Origin: Candidatus Pacearchaeota archaeon | Lineage (GTDB): Archaea > Nanobdellota > Nanobdellia > Pacearchaeales > GW2011-AR1 | DNA length: 64,000 bases | Direction of reading: 5' to 3' | Assembly: GCA_016866995.1 (NCBI GenBank) | Contig: VGKQ01000001.1 | Coordinates: 16,194-80,193 of the forward strand | In this document: one piece after another, positions 9,196-17,848 of the stretch | How the letters are laid out: each line of letters begins with the position of its first letter | Position numbering within the stretch: position 1 is the first letter of the stretch | Translations under genes and position numbers: made by a program | Notes under the pieces: generated by a model | Told to the model about the DNA's origin: nothing | Seen by the model: the letters and a program-made list of their open reading frames with translations, nothing else | The model's database searches: none

Positions 9196-9741
9196 CTATT
9201 TTTTAGTTTTCCAGCAGTTAAGCCATTCTATAAACCTGTCAAAGTTCCTTTTATCAAAAGATGCCTCCTCTTTATCCTTTAAAATTTCACATAACTCATC
9301 TGGACTACAGTTAACTCCTGAGAGAGAATAAGCTATACCCAAATTAAGATATCTAAAACAACAGTAGATAGATAATATATCTATTCCAGAACGTTCAATT
9401 TCTGCTTCCATAGAACCTAGAGGAAAAAAAGCAGATCTCCCGCTAGTTTCAGCTAGTATTCTTAGTACTTTGACAATTCTCGTATGACTTTTAGGTTTAA
9501 TTCCTAGTGAAAAAGGATCTGTTACAACTACAATCTCGTGCTTAAGAGGAGGAGCATGGAGGGTGGCATAAAAAATTTCACCTCTCTTGCACTCTCTAGG
9601 CAGATTTCTTAGCCCATTTTCCTCGCATTTTTCTGCATCTTCTCTTCTTGTATAAGTTTGCTTGCAAATCTTACAAGCATACTCATAAATTGTGTCTACC
9701 ATCTTATTTTTTCTTAATTTGTTGTTATTTATTATAACCAA
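9196..9741 (-). CDS. Hypothetical protein with an N-terminal zinc-ribbon-like CxxC...C motif
   Basis: The N-terminus YACKICKQTYTRREDAEKCEENG is zinc-ribbon-like; no other motif was recognised. Confidence 0.35.
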   Translation of the reverse strand: MVIINNNKLRKNKMVDTIYEYACKICKQTYTRREDAEKCEENGLRNLPRECKRGEIFYATLHAPPLKHEIVVVTDPFSLGIKPKSHTRIVKVLRILAETSGRSAFFPLGSMEAEIERSGIDILSIYCCFRYLNLGIAYSLSGVNCSPDELCEILKDKEEASFDKRNFDRFIEWLNCWKTKK

Positions 9742-9829
9742 GTAGCAACACCCGCCTATTTAGATATTTATCCTCCCAAATGATACTATAAAAAGAAAGA
9801 ATTAAAAAGCTCAATTTCCTTGGTTTTTT

Positions 9830-10561
9830 ATGGACACGGCAATACTTGAAGATTTAGGATTAACACAAGCAGAAATAAAAGTTTATCTTGCCTTATTGCA
9901 GTTAGGAAGTTCCTCTGCTGGAAAAATTCTGGAAAAATCTAGTCTCCAGAATTCGGTTGTTCATAGGGCTTTAAACAGCTTGATTGAAAAAGGATTAATA
10001 AGCTTTATTCTGAAGGGAAAGAAAAAAATCTATCAGGCAACTAATCCAGAGCATTTTTATGAGTTTATTGAGGATAAAAAGATAAATTTTGAAAAAATCC
10101 TGCCTGAATTAAAGGAAAAGCAAAAACAAGCCAAAGAGAAAGAGCAGGCAGCAGTCTATAAGGGAAAAAAAGGAATAAATGAAATCTATAATCTTTTATT
10201 AAATTCTAGAGGAAAAGAGTATAACACTTTCGGAGGTGGCAAGAGAGTAACTTATGATGTTATGGGGGAAGATTGGTGGTATTCTCTGCACACCAAAAGA
10301 ATTGCCAAAAAAATTAAATCCAGACAGGTATTTGATGAGACAATTAGAAAGTTTGGAAAGCAGCTAAACAAGCGCCCTTTGTCAAAAGTAAAATTCTTGT
10401 CTCAGGAATTTGAGCAATTAACAGAAACAATAATCTGCGGAAATTTTGTTGCAATTGTTATGTTTACAGAAAATCCCTATGGTTTATTAATCGAAGATAA
10501 AACTGTCGCAGAAAGTTACAGAAAATATTTTGAGCAGTTATGGAAAATAGCAAAGAGATAG
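9830..10561 (+). CDS. TrmB-family HTH transcriptional regulator
   Basis: The N-terminal LGLTQAEIKVYLALLQLGSSSAGKILEKSSL...VHRALNSLIEKGLI is a TrmB-type wHTH, with a C-terminal sensor-like domain. It is a paralog of 46501..47244. Confidence 0.6.
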   Translation: MDTAILEDLGLTQAEIKVYLALLQLGSSSAGKILEKSSLQNSVVHRALNSLIEKGLISFILKGKKKIYQATNPEHFYEFIEDKKINFEKILPELKEKQKQAKEKEQAAVYKGKKGINEIYNLLLNSRGKEYNTFGGGKRVTYDVMGEDWWYSLHTKRIAKKIKSRQVFDETIRKFGKQLNKRPLSKVKFLSQEFEQLTETIICGNFVAIVMFTENPYGLLIEDKTVAESYRKYFEQLWKIAKR

Positions 10562-10616
10562 AAAAGCAGAAGTAGCAAAATTTATTAAGGATGTTAAGCC
10601 ATTTAAAACTATCAAA

Positions 10617-10702
10617 GGGGCCGTGGGGTAGTCTGGTAGCCTTCCAGCCTTGGGAAAATCTCAAGAGAGTTGGCGACCCCGGTTCAAATCTGGGCGGCCC
10701 CA
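10617..10702 (+). tRNA. tRNA-Pro (anticodon UGG) with a 13-nt intron in the canonical position 37/38
   Basis: The acceptor stem is GGGGCCG/CGGCCCC with A73. The D-arm is GGGT-AGTCTGGTA-GCCT. The anticodon stem CCAGC/GTTGG encloses CTTGGG + aaaatctcaagag + A. The T-arm is CCCGG-TTCAAAT-CTGGG. Confidence 0.75.
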
Positions 10703-10744
10703 TATAAAACAAAGATTTAAAAGCCAAATTCAGCAGATATAAAC

Positions 10745-10957
10745 ATGAGAACAAAAAAAGTAAAAGCAGCAGGAAGATTAAGAGCAGGATATGGAAAATA
10801 TGTCCGGGGAAGAATAACAGAAATAGAAGGCAAGCAGAGAAAAAAACAAGCATGCCCTTACTGCAAAAAAACAGCAAGAAGAATATCAAAAGGAATATGG
10901 AAATGCAACAAATGCGGAAAAAAATTTGCATCTCATGCTTACTATATCAATAAATAA
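10745..10957 (+). CDS. rpl37ae: Ribosomal protein L37Ae (L43e)
   Basis: MRTKKVKAAGRLRAGYG... is followed by the zinc ribbon CPYCKK...CNKCGKKF. Confidence 0.9.
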   Translation: MRTKKVKAAGRLRAGYGKYVRGRITEIEGKQRKKQACPYCKKTARRISKGIWKCNKCGKKFASHAYYINK

Positions 10958-11112
10958 TCCTGAATTAATATTACAAAAACAAATTAAGAGTTAAAATATT
11001 ATAATATTAAAAAACCAATAAAAAATTCCTTAAATTAAAACAATTGATAAATTTAAGTTACAGCTAATTAAGGAAAGTTTAAAAATAAACAAAACTAACA
11101 AAATAATATAAG

Positions 11113-11250
11113 ATGGCGCAATACAAATGTTTCAAGTGCGGAAAGCAGATTTCTCACAAAGCTCTCGAGAAAAGATTTTCCTGCCCAGGCTGCGGCAGCA
11201 AAATATTTTTTAAGCCAAGAAAAGATACATTTAGGATAAAAGCCGAATAA
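11113..11250 (+). CDS. rpoP: DNA-directed RNA polymerase subunit P (Rpo12/RpoP)
   Basis: Hand translation gives MAQYKCFKCGKQISHKALEKRFSCPGCGSKIFFKPRKDTFRIKAE. It has the C-x2-C...C-x2-C ribbon and the conserved position after rpl37ae. Confidence 0.8.
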   Translation: MAQYKCFKCGKQISHKALEKRFSCPGCGSKIFFKPRKDTFRIKAE

Positions 11251-11254
11251 AATA

Positions 11255-11539
11255 ATGTCATTAGATAAAAATTTAAGTGAAGAAGACAAAAAACGAATTA
11301 AGGACGCAGTTAAAGAATTGTCAAGAAGATATCAGCAACGAGATTATAAATTTGACACCCCCTTTCCAGAACATCATCTTGGAGATGTATATTATATAAT
11401 AATTTGTTCTGATGGGCATGCCATTTGGGGCAAAGATATAAAAAGCATGATAAATAGGTTGAAAAGTAAAGGGTATGAAGAATACCAAATGTTAATAACC
11501 ACAAGGGGAGATGAACACCATATTTTATTAGTGGCATAA
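11255..11539 (+). CDS. Hypothetical protein (94 aa) in the rpoP-pfdB neighbourhood
   Basis: ORF only; it is tightly packed between rpoP and prefoldin beta. Confidence 0.35.
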   Translation: MSLDKNLSEEDKKRIKDAVKELSRRYQQRDYKFDTPFPEHHLGDVYYIIICSDGHAIWGKDIKSMINRLKSKGYEEYQMLITTRGDEHHILLVA

Positions 11540-11546
11540 AAATAAA

Positions 11547-11882
11547 ATGAACATTAAAAAAGAAATCCAGGAAAAAATTCAGGTTTTGCAGTCTCTTGAG
11601 CAGAATCTTCAAGCCTTGATGCTCCAAAAACAGGCATTTCAAGTCGAGCTTAATGAGGCAGAATCCGCTCTTTCTGAAATAGGAAAAACAAAAGATGATA
11701 TTTACAGAATAACCGGGCAGATAATGCTAAAAACAGATAAAAATCAAGTTGAGAAAGAATTGACAGAAAGAAAAGATATTATTTCTCTGAGATTAAAGTC
11801 AATTGACAAGCAGGAAAAATTATTGAAAGAAAAGCTTGAAAAATTGAAGGAAGAAGTCACTAACGAGATAAAAAAAGAGTGA
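11547..11882 (+). CDS. pfdB: Prefoldin beta subunit
   Basis: It is a 111-aa coiled-coil protein with central beta-hairpin spacing, in the conserved context after rpl37ae-rpoP. Confidence 0.7.
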   Translation: MNIKKEIQEKIQVLQSLEQNLQALMLQKQAFQVELNEAESALSEIGKTKDDIYRITGQIMLKTDKNQVEKELTERKDIISLRLKSIDKQEKLLKEKLEKLKEEVTNEIKKE

Positions 11883-12127
11883 TATTGTCTTTTGTTGATT
11901 GTCAAATAAAAATTCTATAACAAATATTAACAAAAATAATTAAACATAACACCTTAATTTAATTTCTAATAACTTAATCTCAGAATTAGTTTATATTAAC
12001 TTATATTTTTTAGTATAATTTGCTTTAGTTTATAGTTAAAAACAAATTTTTCAATTTTTTTTAACTACTCTATTGCAATTAATGGATTATAGAAATATTT
12101 ATAAACTATCTAGATATACTTTTGACT

Positions 12128-12523
12128 ATGGTGCTTAAAAAATTAAAAGAGATGTTTACAGGAGTTTCAACAGAGGCAGATTATGTTGAAATTGACTTGG
12201 GGCAGGAAGCAAGAAAAAGCAAGGTTCTTGTCCGCCCATTCATTCTAAGACAGTTTGATGACATAAACGAAATCTTAAATACATTAAGAGAAGGATACAC
12301 AATTGCTGTTATAGACATCCGCCCGCTGAAAACCAAAGATGTCATTGAGTTAAAAAGAGCGATAAGCAAAGTCAAAAAGACTGCAGAAGCTCTTGAAGGA
12401 AGCATTGCCGGATTTGGAGAGAATATAATAATAGTAACTCCAAGCTTTGCAGAAATCCACAAAGCAGTGCCAAAACCAGTAGCAAAAGGAATTGAGCTTT
12501 TTGATGAAGGCAAGTTTGAATAA
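12128..12523 (+). CDS. sepF: Cell division protein SepF (FtsZ membrane anchor)
   Basis: KVLVRPFILRQFDDINEILNTLREGYTIAVIDIRPL...ELKRAISKVKKTAEALEGSIAGFGENIIIVTP matches the SepF/DUF552 core. The track ORF starts at TTG 12122; ATG 12128 is the likelier start. Confidence 0.7.
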   Translation: MVLKKLKEMFTGVSTEADYVEIDLGQEARKSKVLVRPFILRQFDDINEILNTLREGYTIAVIDIRPLKTKDVIELKRAISKVKKTAEALEGSIAGFGENIIIVTPSFAEIHKAVPKPVAKGIELFDEGKFE

Positions 12524-12696
12524 TTCTTTGATTAGAATCACAGATGATTAAACTATTAATATAATACATAATTAACTTTCAATAGATTCCCAATTTTAAT
12601 AATATTTATTAATTTTAATTAAATTATTAATTTTAAGTTATGTCCAAACTAATTATATTCAGTTAATTTAATATACTTCTATTTTCTTGCAAATTT

Positions 12697-13296
12697 ATGA
12701 AAATCATGCACATAGAAGCAGTAAAAAAAGAAAAAATAAATTTTCAGGCTCTGGAAGAGCTTGAAAAAATTCTTCCTCCTATAATATATATAGCATACAG
12801 CATACAATACAAAAATCTGGCTCTTGAGTTAAAAAGCAAAATAAAGAAAAAAATAGCGGGCTTTTCACAAGTTCTTGGCTGTTCAAAACTCAAAACAAAT
12901 TTTCCTATACTATTACTGAGCTCAGGAAGATTTCACGCATTAAATCTCGCGCTTCAGGGAAACAAGGTTTATATTTTTGACAATTTCTCGCTAAAAGAAA
13001 TTGACAACAAGGAAATTGAATCAATAAAAAAGAGAGAAAAAGCAAAATATCTCAGGCTTCTTTCTTCAGACAATATAGGTATTATAGTATCAGCAAAATA
13101 CGGGCAGGAAAATCTCAGTAAAGCAGAAAAAATAAAAAAACAGCTCGAGAAAAAAAACAAAAAAGTTTTTTTATTTCTTTCAGATAATATAAATCCAAGC
13201 GAACTTGAAAATTTTTCATGTGATATTTTTGTCAATACTGCCTGCCCCGGATTAATGCTGGATTCTAACAAAATTATAAATCAAAATATTTTCTGA
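12697..13296 (+). CDS. Dph2-like diphthamide synthesis radical SAM family protein, short form (199 aa)
   Basis: QVLGCSKLKT...LLSSGRFHALNL and the C-terminal IGIIVSAKYGQ...DIFVNTACPG resemble Dph2 domains 2 and 3 (vLGaCd...GdGrFH; TACPR). The first domain is absent. Confidence 0.45.
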   Translation: MKIMHIEAVKKEKINFQALEELEKILPPIIYIAYSIQYKNLALELKSKIKKKIAGFSQVLGCSKLKTNFPILLLSSGRFHALNLALQGNKVYIFDNFSLKEIDNKEIESIKKREKAKYLRLLSSDNIGIIVSAKYGQENLSKAEKIKKQLEKKNKKVFLFLSDNINPSELENFSCDIFVNTACPGLMLDSNKIINQNIF

Positions 13297-13358
13297 GTTA
13301 TATATTTTACAACACAATAAAGTTTAAATACCTTTACAACTGCACAATTACAACAAAG

Positions 13359-14957
13359 ATGAAAAAAGAATTACTCACGCTGGTTTTAATGACGGTAATG
13401 CTTACAAGTTTGGCAAGCGCACTGAATTTTAATCCTCAGGTAAATACCCTTACAAAATCAGCAAATGTTTCAGCATTTACACTAACTAATAATGAACCCG
13501 GCCCATTTAATTTCAGTGTAACAATTCCTCAGAAAATTGCAGATTCAAATAATCATTTTGTCACAATAGCTTCTCCATATACATATAATTTTTATAATTT
13601 AAATACAAGCAACTCTAGCTCTGTAAATATCTCAATCTCAAAAATTGATGATAATTTTGATATTGGGACATTCAATGCTCCTATTAGTATATTAGCATAC
13701 AATGAAACAACTTTAGAGCAGAGAAACGTTTCTCTTCAATTTACTTATGATTTCTGCGACATGGGGCAGGTTGGAAAAATAAAAGTTCTTGATATTGATG
13801 ATGTTTCTTCAGAGACTAATTTCAAATGGAAGCCACTTGACAAAGTTGAGATTGATATTGATGTCCAAAATAACAGGATAGGAAGAGATATTGATGCAGT
13901 AGTTGAAATTGACTTGTATGACACTGTTGACAAGCAGTTTATAGGAGTAGATGGGGATGGAGGAGACTTGACAGAAGATGTCAGCATTGATGACGGCAAA
14001 AAAGAGCAGGTTACATTTACAATAAGTGTGCCTGCAGAAGTTGCAGAAGGCTCTGGAAGATATGTTCTTTATGTAAAAGCTTATGAAGATGGGGAAGAAG
14101 AAACAGAGTGCAATGAAAAGCTCCAGAATATACAGATTGAAAGAGATTCAAGAGAAGTTAAGGTTATGGAAATTATTGCTCCCAACTCTTCAATTTGCGG
14201 AGCTGATGAAGATATTAAGTTTAAAGTGGCAAATATAGGCAGAAATTCTGAGAAGAAAATCCTTGTTGAAATGGTTAACAAAGAGCTTGGGATACAAGAA
14301 TCAAGGGAAATATCTGATCTAGGGCAGGATGACAATCCAAAAGAAATAACATTTGCAATACATATTCCAGAAAATGCAACACAAAAAACATACACATTGT
14401 CATTTAATCTTCGCTATAAATATGACACCAACGACAAGACATATGATATAAGCGAAGACGGGGTTGCAAGCCATACAATAAAATTAGAAGGAAACTGCAT
14501 CCAGGTTTCCAATACAGATGCTCTAATCACAGCAACTCTTGAGTCTGGAGCAAACGCAGGGCAGGAAATGACTGTAAATGCAAACATAAAAAATACAGGC
14601 TCTCAGACAACTTCTTATACACTATTAGTAACAGGAATTGACAGCTTTGCAACACTTGAAAGCATTAATCCGCAGACATTTACACTAAATCCAAACCAAG
14701 CCAAAGATGTTACAATAAAACTTTTAGCCAAGCCAGACGCAGGCGGGGATTATACATTCACAATAACTGCTTTATTTGACGGAAAAACAAAGCAGCAGTC
14801 TGCAACACTTACAATAACAGGCAAGCAGTCAGTTTCAGGCTCAGCAATAATTGACAGCCTCAAATCAAACTGGCTAATCTGGCTTATAGTTGTAATTAAT
14901 ATTGTTCTGATAATACTAATAATTGCCGTTGCAGTTAGAATATCAAAAAGAGAGTAA
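13359..14957 (+). CDS. Secreted/cell-surface protein with an N-terminal signal peptide, repeated beta-rich domains and a C-terminal TM anchor plus basic tail
   Basis: The N-terminal signal is MKKELLTLVLMTVMLTSLASA. The C-terminus is ...NWLIWLIVVINIVLIILIIAVAVRISKRE. This is a tripartite C-terminal sorting-signal-like architecture. Confidence 0.6.
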   Translation: MKKELLTLVLMTVMLTSLASALNFNPQVNTLTKSANVSAFTLTNNEPGPFNFSVTIPQKIADSNNHFVTIASPYTYNFYNLNTSNSSSVNISISKIDDNFDIGTFNAPISILAYNETTLEQRNVSLQFTYDFCDMGQVGKIKVLDIDDVSSETNFKWKPLDKVEIDIDVQNNRIGRDIDAVVEIDLYDTVDKQFIGVDGDGGDLTEDVSIDDGKKEQVTFTISVPAEVAEGSGRYVLYVKAYEDGEEETECNEKLQNIQIERDSREVKVMEIIAPNSSICGADEDIKFKVANIGRNSEKKILVEMVNKELGIQESREISDLGQDDNPKEITFAIHIPENATQKTYTLSFNLRYKYDTNDKTYDISEDGVASHTIKLEGNCIQVSNTDALITATLESGANAGQEMTVNANIKNTGSQTTSYTLLVTGIDSFATLESINPQTFTLNPNQAKDVTIKLLAKPDAGGDYTFTITALFDGKTKQQSATLTITGKQSVSGSAIIDSLKSNWLIWLIVVINIVLIILIIAVAVRISKRE

Positions 14958-14959
14958 AT

Positions 14960-14978
14960 TTTCTCTTTCTAAGAGAAG
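14960..14978 (+). terminator. Stem-loop (TTCTCT-ttcta-AGAGAA) followed by a T-rich tract, 3 nt after the stop of 13359..14957
   Basis: A 6-7-bp stem sits directly after the TAA at 14955-14957 and is followed by ttttctttatttttt. The same hairpin motif recurs at 41080 and 43293. Confidence 0.45.
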
Positions 14979-15011
14979 AAGATATTTAAATAGCTTTTCT
15001 TTATTTTTTCT

Positions 15012-15533
15012 ATGAAAAAAGAAAACAAGAAACTGCTGCTTATTTTCTCAAGATACATATTTCTTGTATTAATTGCGCTGCCAAATCTTTTCTTGTTTTA
15101 TCTTGTCTTCACTCCGCTGACAGTCAATTCTGTGAATTTTTTTCTCAACTTTTTCTATTCTTCCATTATTTATGGCAGCAAGATACTTGTAAATAATACT
15201 TCAATAGAAATCATACAGGCATGCGTTGCGGGCTCTGCTTACTATCTTCTTTTGCTTCTTAATCTTTCCACTCCAATGAAAGCAAGAACAAGAATTTATT
15301 CAATTATTTTCTCACTTCTAGTTTTTCTCCTTATTAATATAGCAAGAATTTTTATTTTCTCAATGCTCTACTTGAATTCTTTCGCCTATTTTGATATAAC
15401 TCACAAGATTTTTTGGTATGTTGTTTCTGGAGTTATTGTTTTCTTTGTCTGGTTTGCTACAATTAAAATTTATAAGATAAAAAATATTCCTTTTTATACA
15501 GATATCAAATATATCTACAAACTGACAAAATAA
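15012..15533 (+). CDS. Small polytopic membrane protein, exosortase/archaeosortase-family-like
   Basis: It has about 5-6 TM helices and a Cys in ...IIQACVAGSAYY.... An Asn/Arg pair sits in ...LINIARIFIFS... It lies immediately downstream of a surface protein with a C-terminal TM+basic signal. Confidence 0.4.
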   Translation: MKKENKKLLLIFSRYIFLVLIALPNLFLFYLVFTPLTVNSVNFFLNFFYSSIIYGSKILVNNTSIEIIQACVAGSAYYLLLLLNLSTPMKARTRIYSIIFSLLVFLLINIARIFIFSMLYLNSFAYFDITHKIFWYVVSGVIVFFVWFATIKIYKIKNIPFYTDIKYIYKLTK

Positions 15534-15534
15534 A

Positions 15535-16158
15535 TTATTTTTTCTTTTTTTTAACACAGACATAGATAACTACTGCAATTATTGAAAAAATTACTGCAAA
15601 TACTGTTATCTTGTCAAGATTCTGTTTTATTAGCTCCTGATTCTGCCCGAAAGCATATCCAAGATAAATCAAAATTGCGCTCCAAATCCCAGCACCAAGC
15701 GCCGTGTAAAAAATGAATTTTCCAATATTCATTTTTGCAAATCCTGCCGGAAGCGAGATAAGCTGGCGTATTACAGGAATCAGTCTTCCTATAAAAGTTG
15801 TGATTTCCCCGTGATTTTCAAAAAATTTCTCTGATTTTTTTATGCTGTTTTTGTCAATAAAAAATATCTTCCCGTATTTTTTAGCAAGGGAATTCACGGC
15901 TCTTCTTCCTAGAAAATTCGCAAGATAATAATTTACAAAAGCTCCAAGCAGGCTTCCAAGAATGCTGGCTGTAAATATAAGAAATACTGACATTTTTCCC
16001 TGATACACAAGATATCCTGCAGGAATTAGTACAATCTCGCTTGGAAACGGGATAAAAGAGCTTTCTATTGCCATTAGAATGAATATCCCAAGATACCCAA
16101 GAGAGCCTATAGAAATTACAAGAAAATTCGCAAAATCCGACAATATCTCTGAAATCAT
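15535..16158 (-). CDS. DedA/SNARE-associated (TVP38) family membrane protein
   Basis: The DedA signature region is ...GRLIPVIRQLISLPAGFAKMN...; it is a multi-TM protein. Confidence 0.8.
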   Translation of the reverse strand: MISEILSDFANFLVISIGSLGYLGIFILMAIESSFIPFPSEIVLIPAGYLVYQGKMSVFLIFTASILGSLLGAFVNYYLANFLGRRAVNSLAKKYGKIFFIDKNSIKKSEKFFENHGEITTFIGRLIPVIRQLISLPAGFAKMNIGKFIFYTALGAGIWSAILIYLGYAFGQNQELIKQNLDKITVFAVIFSIIAVVIYVCVKKKKK

Positions 16159-16180
16159 AAATTATTTAGAATCCCTGCCT

Positions 16181-16840
16181 TTAAATGTCTATTCCTCTGT
16201 TGGATGCATAAACCCCCATCATAAATCTTTCTGTAACATTCATAAAATTGCAGTTGGCTATCTGCAGTCTGTAGCAATTTTCGTCTTTTATTATTTTATC
16301 ATTGCTTCCTTTTTCAAATAAAATCACAGAATATTTTTCATCTAAATTTCCACAATCTGAATATGTAAGATTTCTTTCAACTGCTTCTGTTTCATTTACC
16401 ACAACAGTATACTCCTTCAGGTTTAATCCTGCGCTTACAAGAAACGAATTAAGGCGGGAAGGGGCAAGAATGCTGTCATCGCATTTCTCCATAATAACTT
16501 CTTTAGTGGCTGAAAATGCAACATTTTTCTTTAGTTTTATTGTTCCATTAATTTTAATGTTTCTTAATTTTCTCGGATCTTCTGAAAATGTAAATGGCAT
16601 GTAAGCTGTAACTTTTCCAGAAGCATCAGCAAGAGGAAACAAAGCATTATATTCTATTCTGCTTCCTTGTTGTATTTTCTCAAACTTTACTCCAAGATAT
16701 TCAAACTTGCTGCTTCCCATTTCAACAAGAAAAATAGCCGCCATAATTGCTATAATTATTCCTAATATTGCCAAAACCCATTTTAACTGGCTTTCATGCT
16801 TGTCTTCTTTTATTTTTCTCTTTTTCATGTTATCTTTCAA
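16181..16840 (-). CDS. N-terminally membrane-anchored hypothetical protein
   Basis: A single N-terminal TM helix is followed by a soluble domain. Confidence 0.4.
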   Translation of the reverse strand: MKDNMKKRKIKEDKHESQLKWVLAILGIIIAIMAAIFLVEMGSSKFEYLGVKFEKIQQGSRIEYNALFPLADASGKVTAYMPFTFSEDPRKLRNIKINGTIKLKKNVAFSATKEVIMEKCDDSILAPSRLNSFLVSAGLNLKEYTVVVNETEAVERNLTYSDCGNLDEKYSVILFEKGSNDKIIKDENCYRLQIANCNFMNVTERFMMGVYASNRGIDI

Positions 16841-17040
16841 TTGAAACCCGCACTTATAAATCTTATGGAATTAAATTATTATTATCTTTAATTATTGTTC
16901 TGTTAATTTTATTGTGCATTCTTAATCTAAATTTATTAATCTATAACTCATTATTATTTATCTAGAGTTAATTTTAACATTTAATAATATTATTTATCAT
17001 TAACTTTTTTATTGTAAGTATATTTCTTCTTGCATTATTG

Positions 17041-17604
17041 TTAGCTTTGTAAAATCCTGTAAATAAAAGAATCAGCCGCCTTTATTGTGTTATTGGAGAA
17101 AATAAAAACACAATTATCTTCTTCAGTATACACTGATTTCTTAAAATCTGGCTTTTCTTTTATTATTATCATGTTGCTTGAGCAATTTTTTTCAGGCAGG
17201 TTTTCAGTGCAGTTTTCCATATAGCACGCAAGATTAATTCTCTCTGCAAACTGGGCAAGATTTCTCGCAATTTCTTCATCCGCAGCACTGCTTCCTGTAA
17301 GATACAGCGGATTTTTTATATAATCCTGCAATCTCTTGTTAATTTTCACTTCTTCTGTCTCATTTGGAAGATAGCGAAAATAAAATTTATAGCTGGAAAT
17401 TTCAGTTGTCCAGACATCTCCCTGCCTCGTAAAAGTCAAGCCATTCATGCTTACTTTCCCTTCTGCTGTTGTTTTCTCCCACCCAAAAAAAGCATATCCT
17501 GCTGAACTTAAAAGAAGAATAATTCCAAAAATAATCACAATTATCTTGTTTCTTCTTTCTCTCTTTTTTTCTGTTTCTTCTTTATTCTCAATTTTTCTTA
17601 TCAT
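17041..17604 (-). CDS. N-terminally membrane-anchored hypothetical protein
   Basis: It has a basic N-terminus, a TM helix and a soluble domain. Confidence 0.4.
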   Translation of the reverse strand: MIRKIENKEETEKKRERRNKIIVIIFGIILLLSSAGYAFFGWEKTTAEGKVSMNGLTFTRQGDVWTTEISSYKFYFRYLPNETEEVKINKRLQDYIKNPLYLTGSSAADEEIARNLAQFAERINLACYMENCTENLPEKNCSSNMIIIKEKPDFKKSVYTEEDNCVFIFSNNTIKAADSFIYRILQS

Positions 17605-17804
17605 AATCTAATTAGTTAATATTGATTTAAAAATATATTTATTATGTTTGAAATAAAAACCATTATTAATTGTTTTATCTAATTTATCAAAGATATTTAA
17701 TCTTTTTATAATCATTAATTTTATAATTTATTATAATTGAATTAACCCTTATGAATTTTTCTGATTTTTGTAAAGTGCAGATAATTCAGAGAGCTCTAGC
17801 TTGA

Positions 17805-17845
17805 AATTAAAAAAAAGAAAAAGAAAAGAAAAAAAATAAAGCCTA
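17805..17845 (-). terminator. Oligo-T terminator downstream of the S-layer gene
   Basis: The plus strand reads aaaaaaaagaaaaagaaaagaaaaaaaataaag. That gives a long T-rich run on the minus-strand transcript immediately after the stop at 17849. Confidence 0.5.
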
Positions 17846-17848
17846 TTT

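Noticed and set aside
10464-10931. 155-aa minus-strand ORF
   Set aside because: It overlaps both the tRNA-Pro and the L37Ae gene on the opposite strand.
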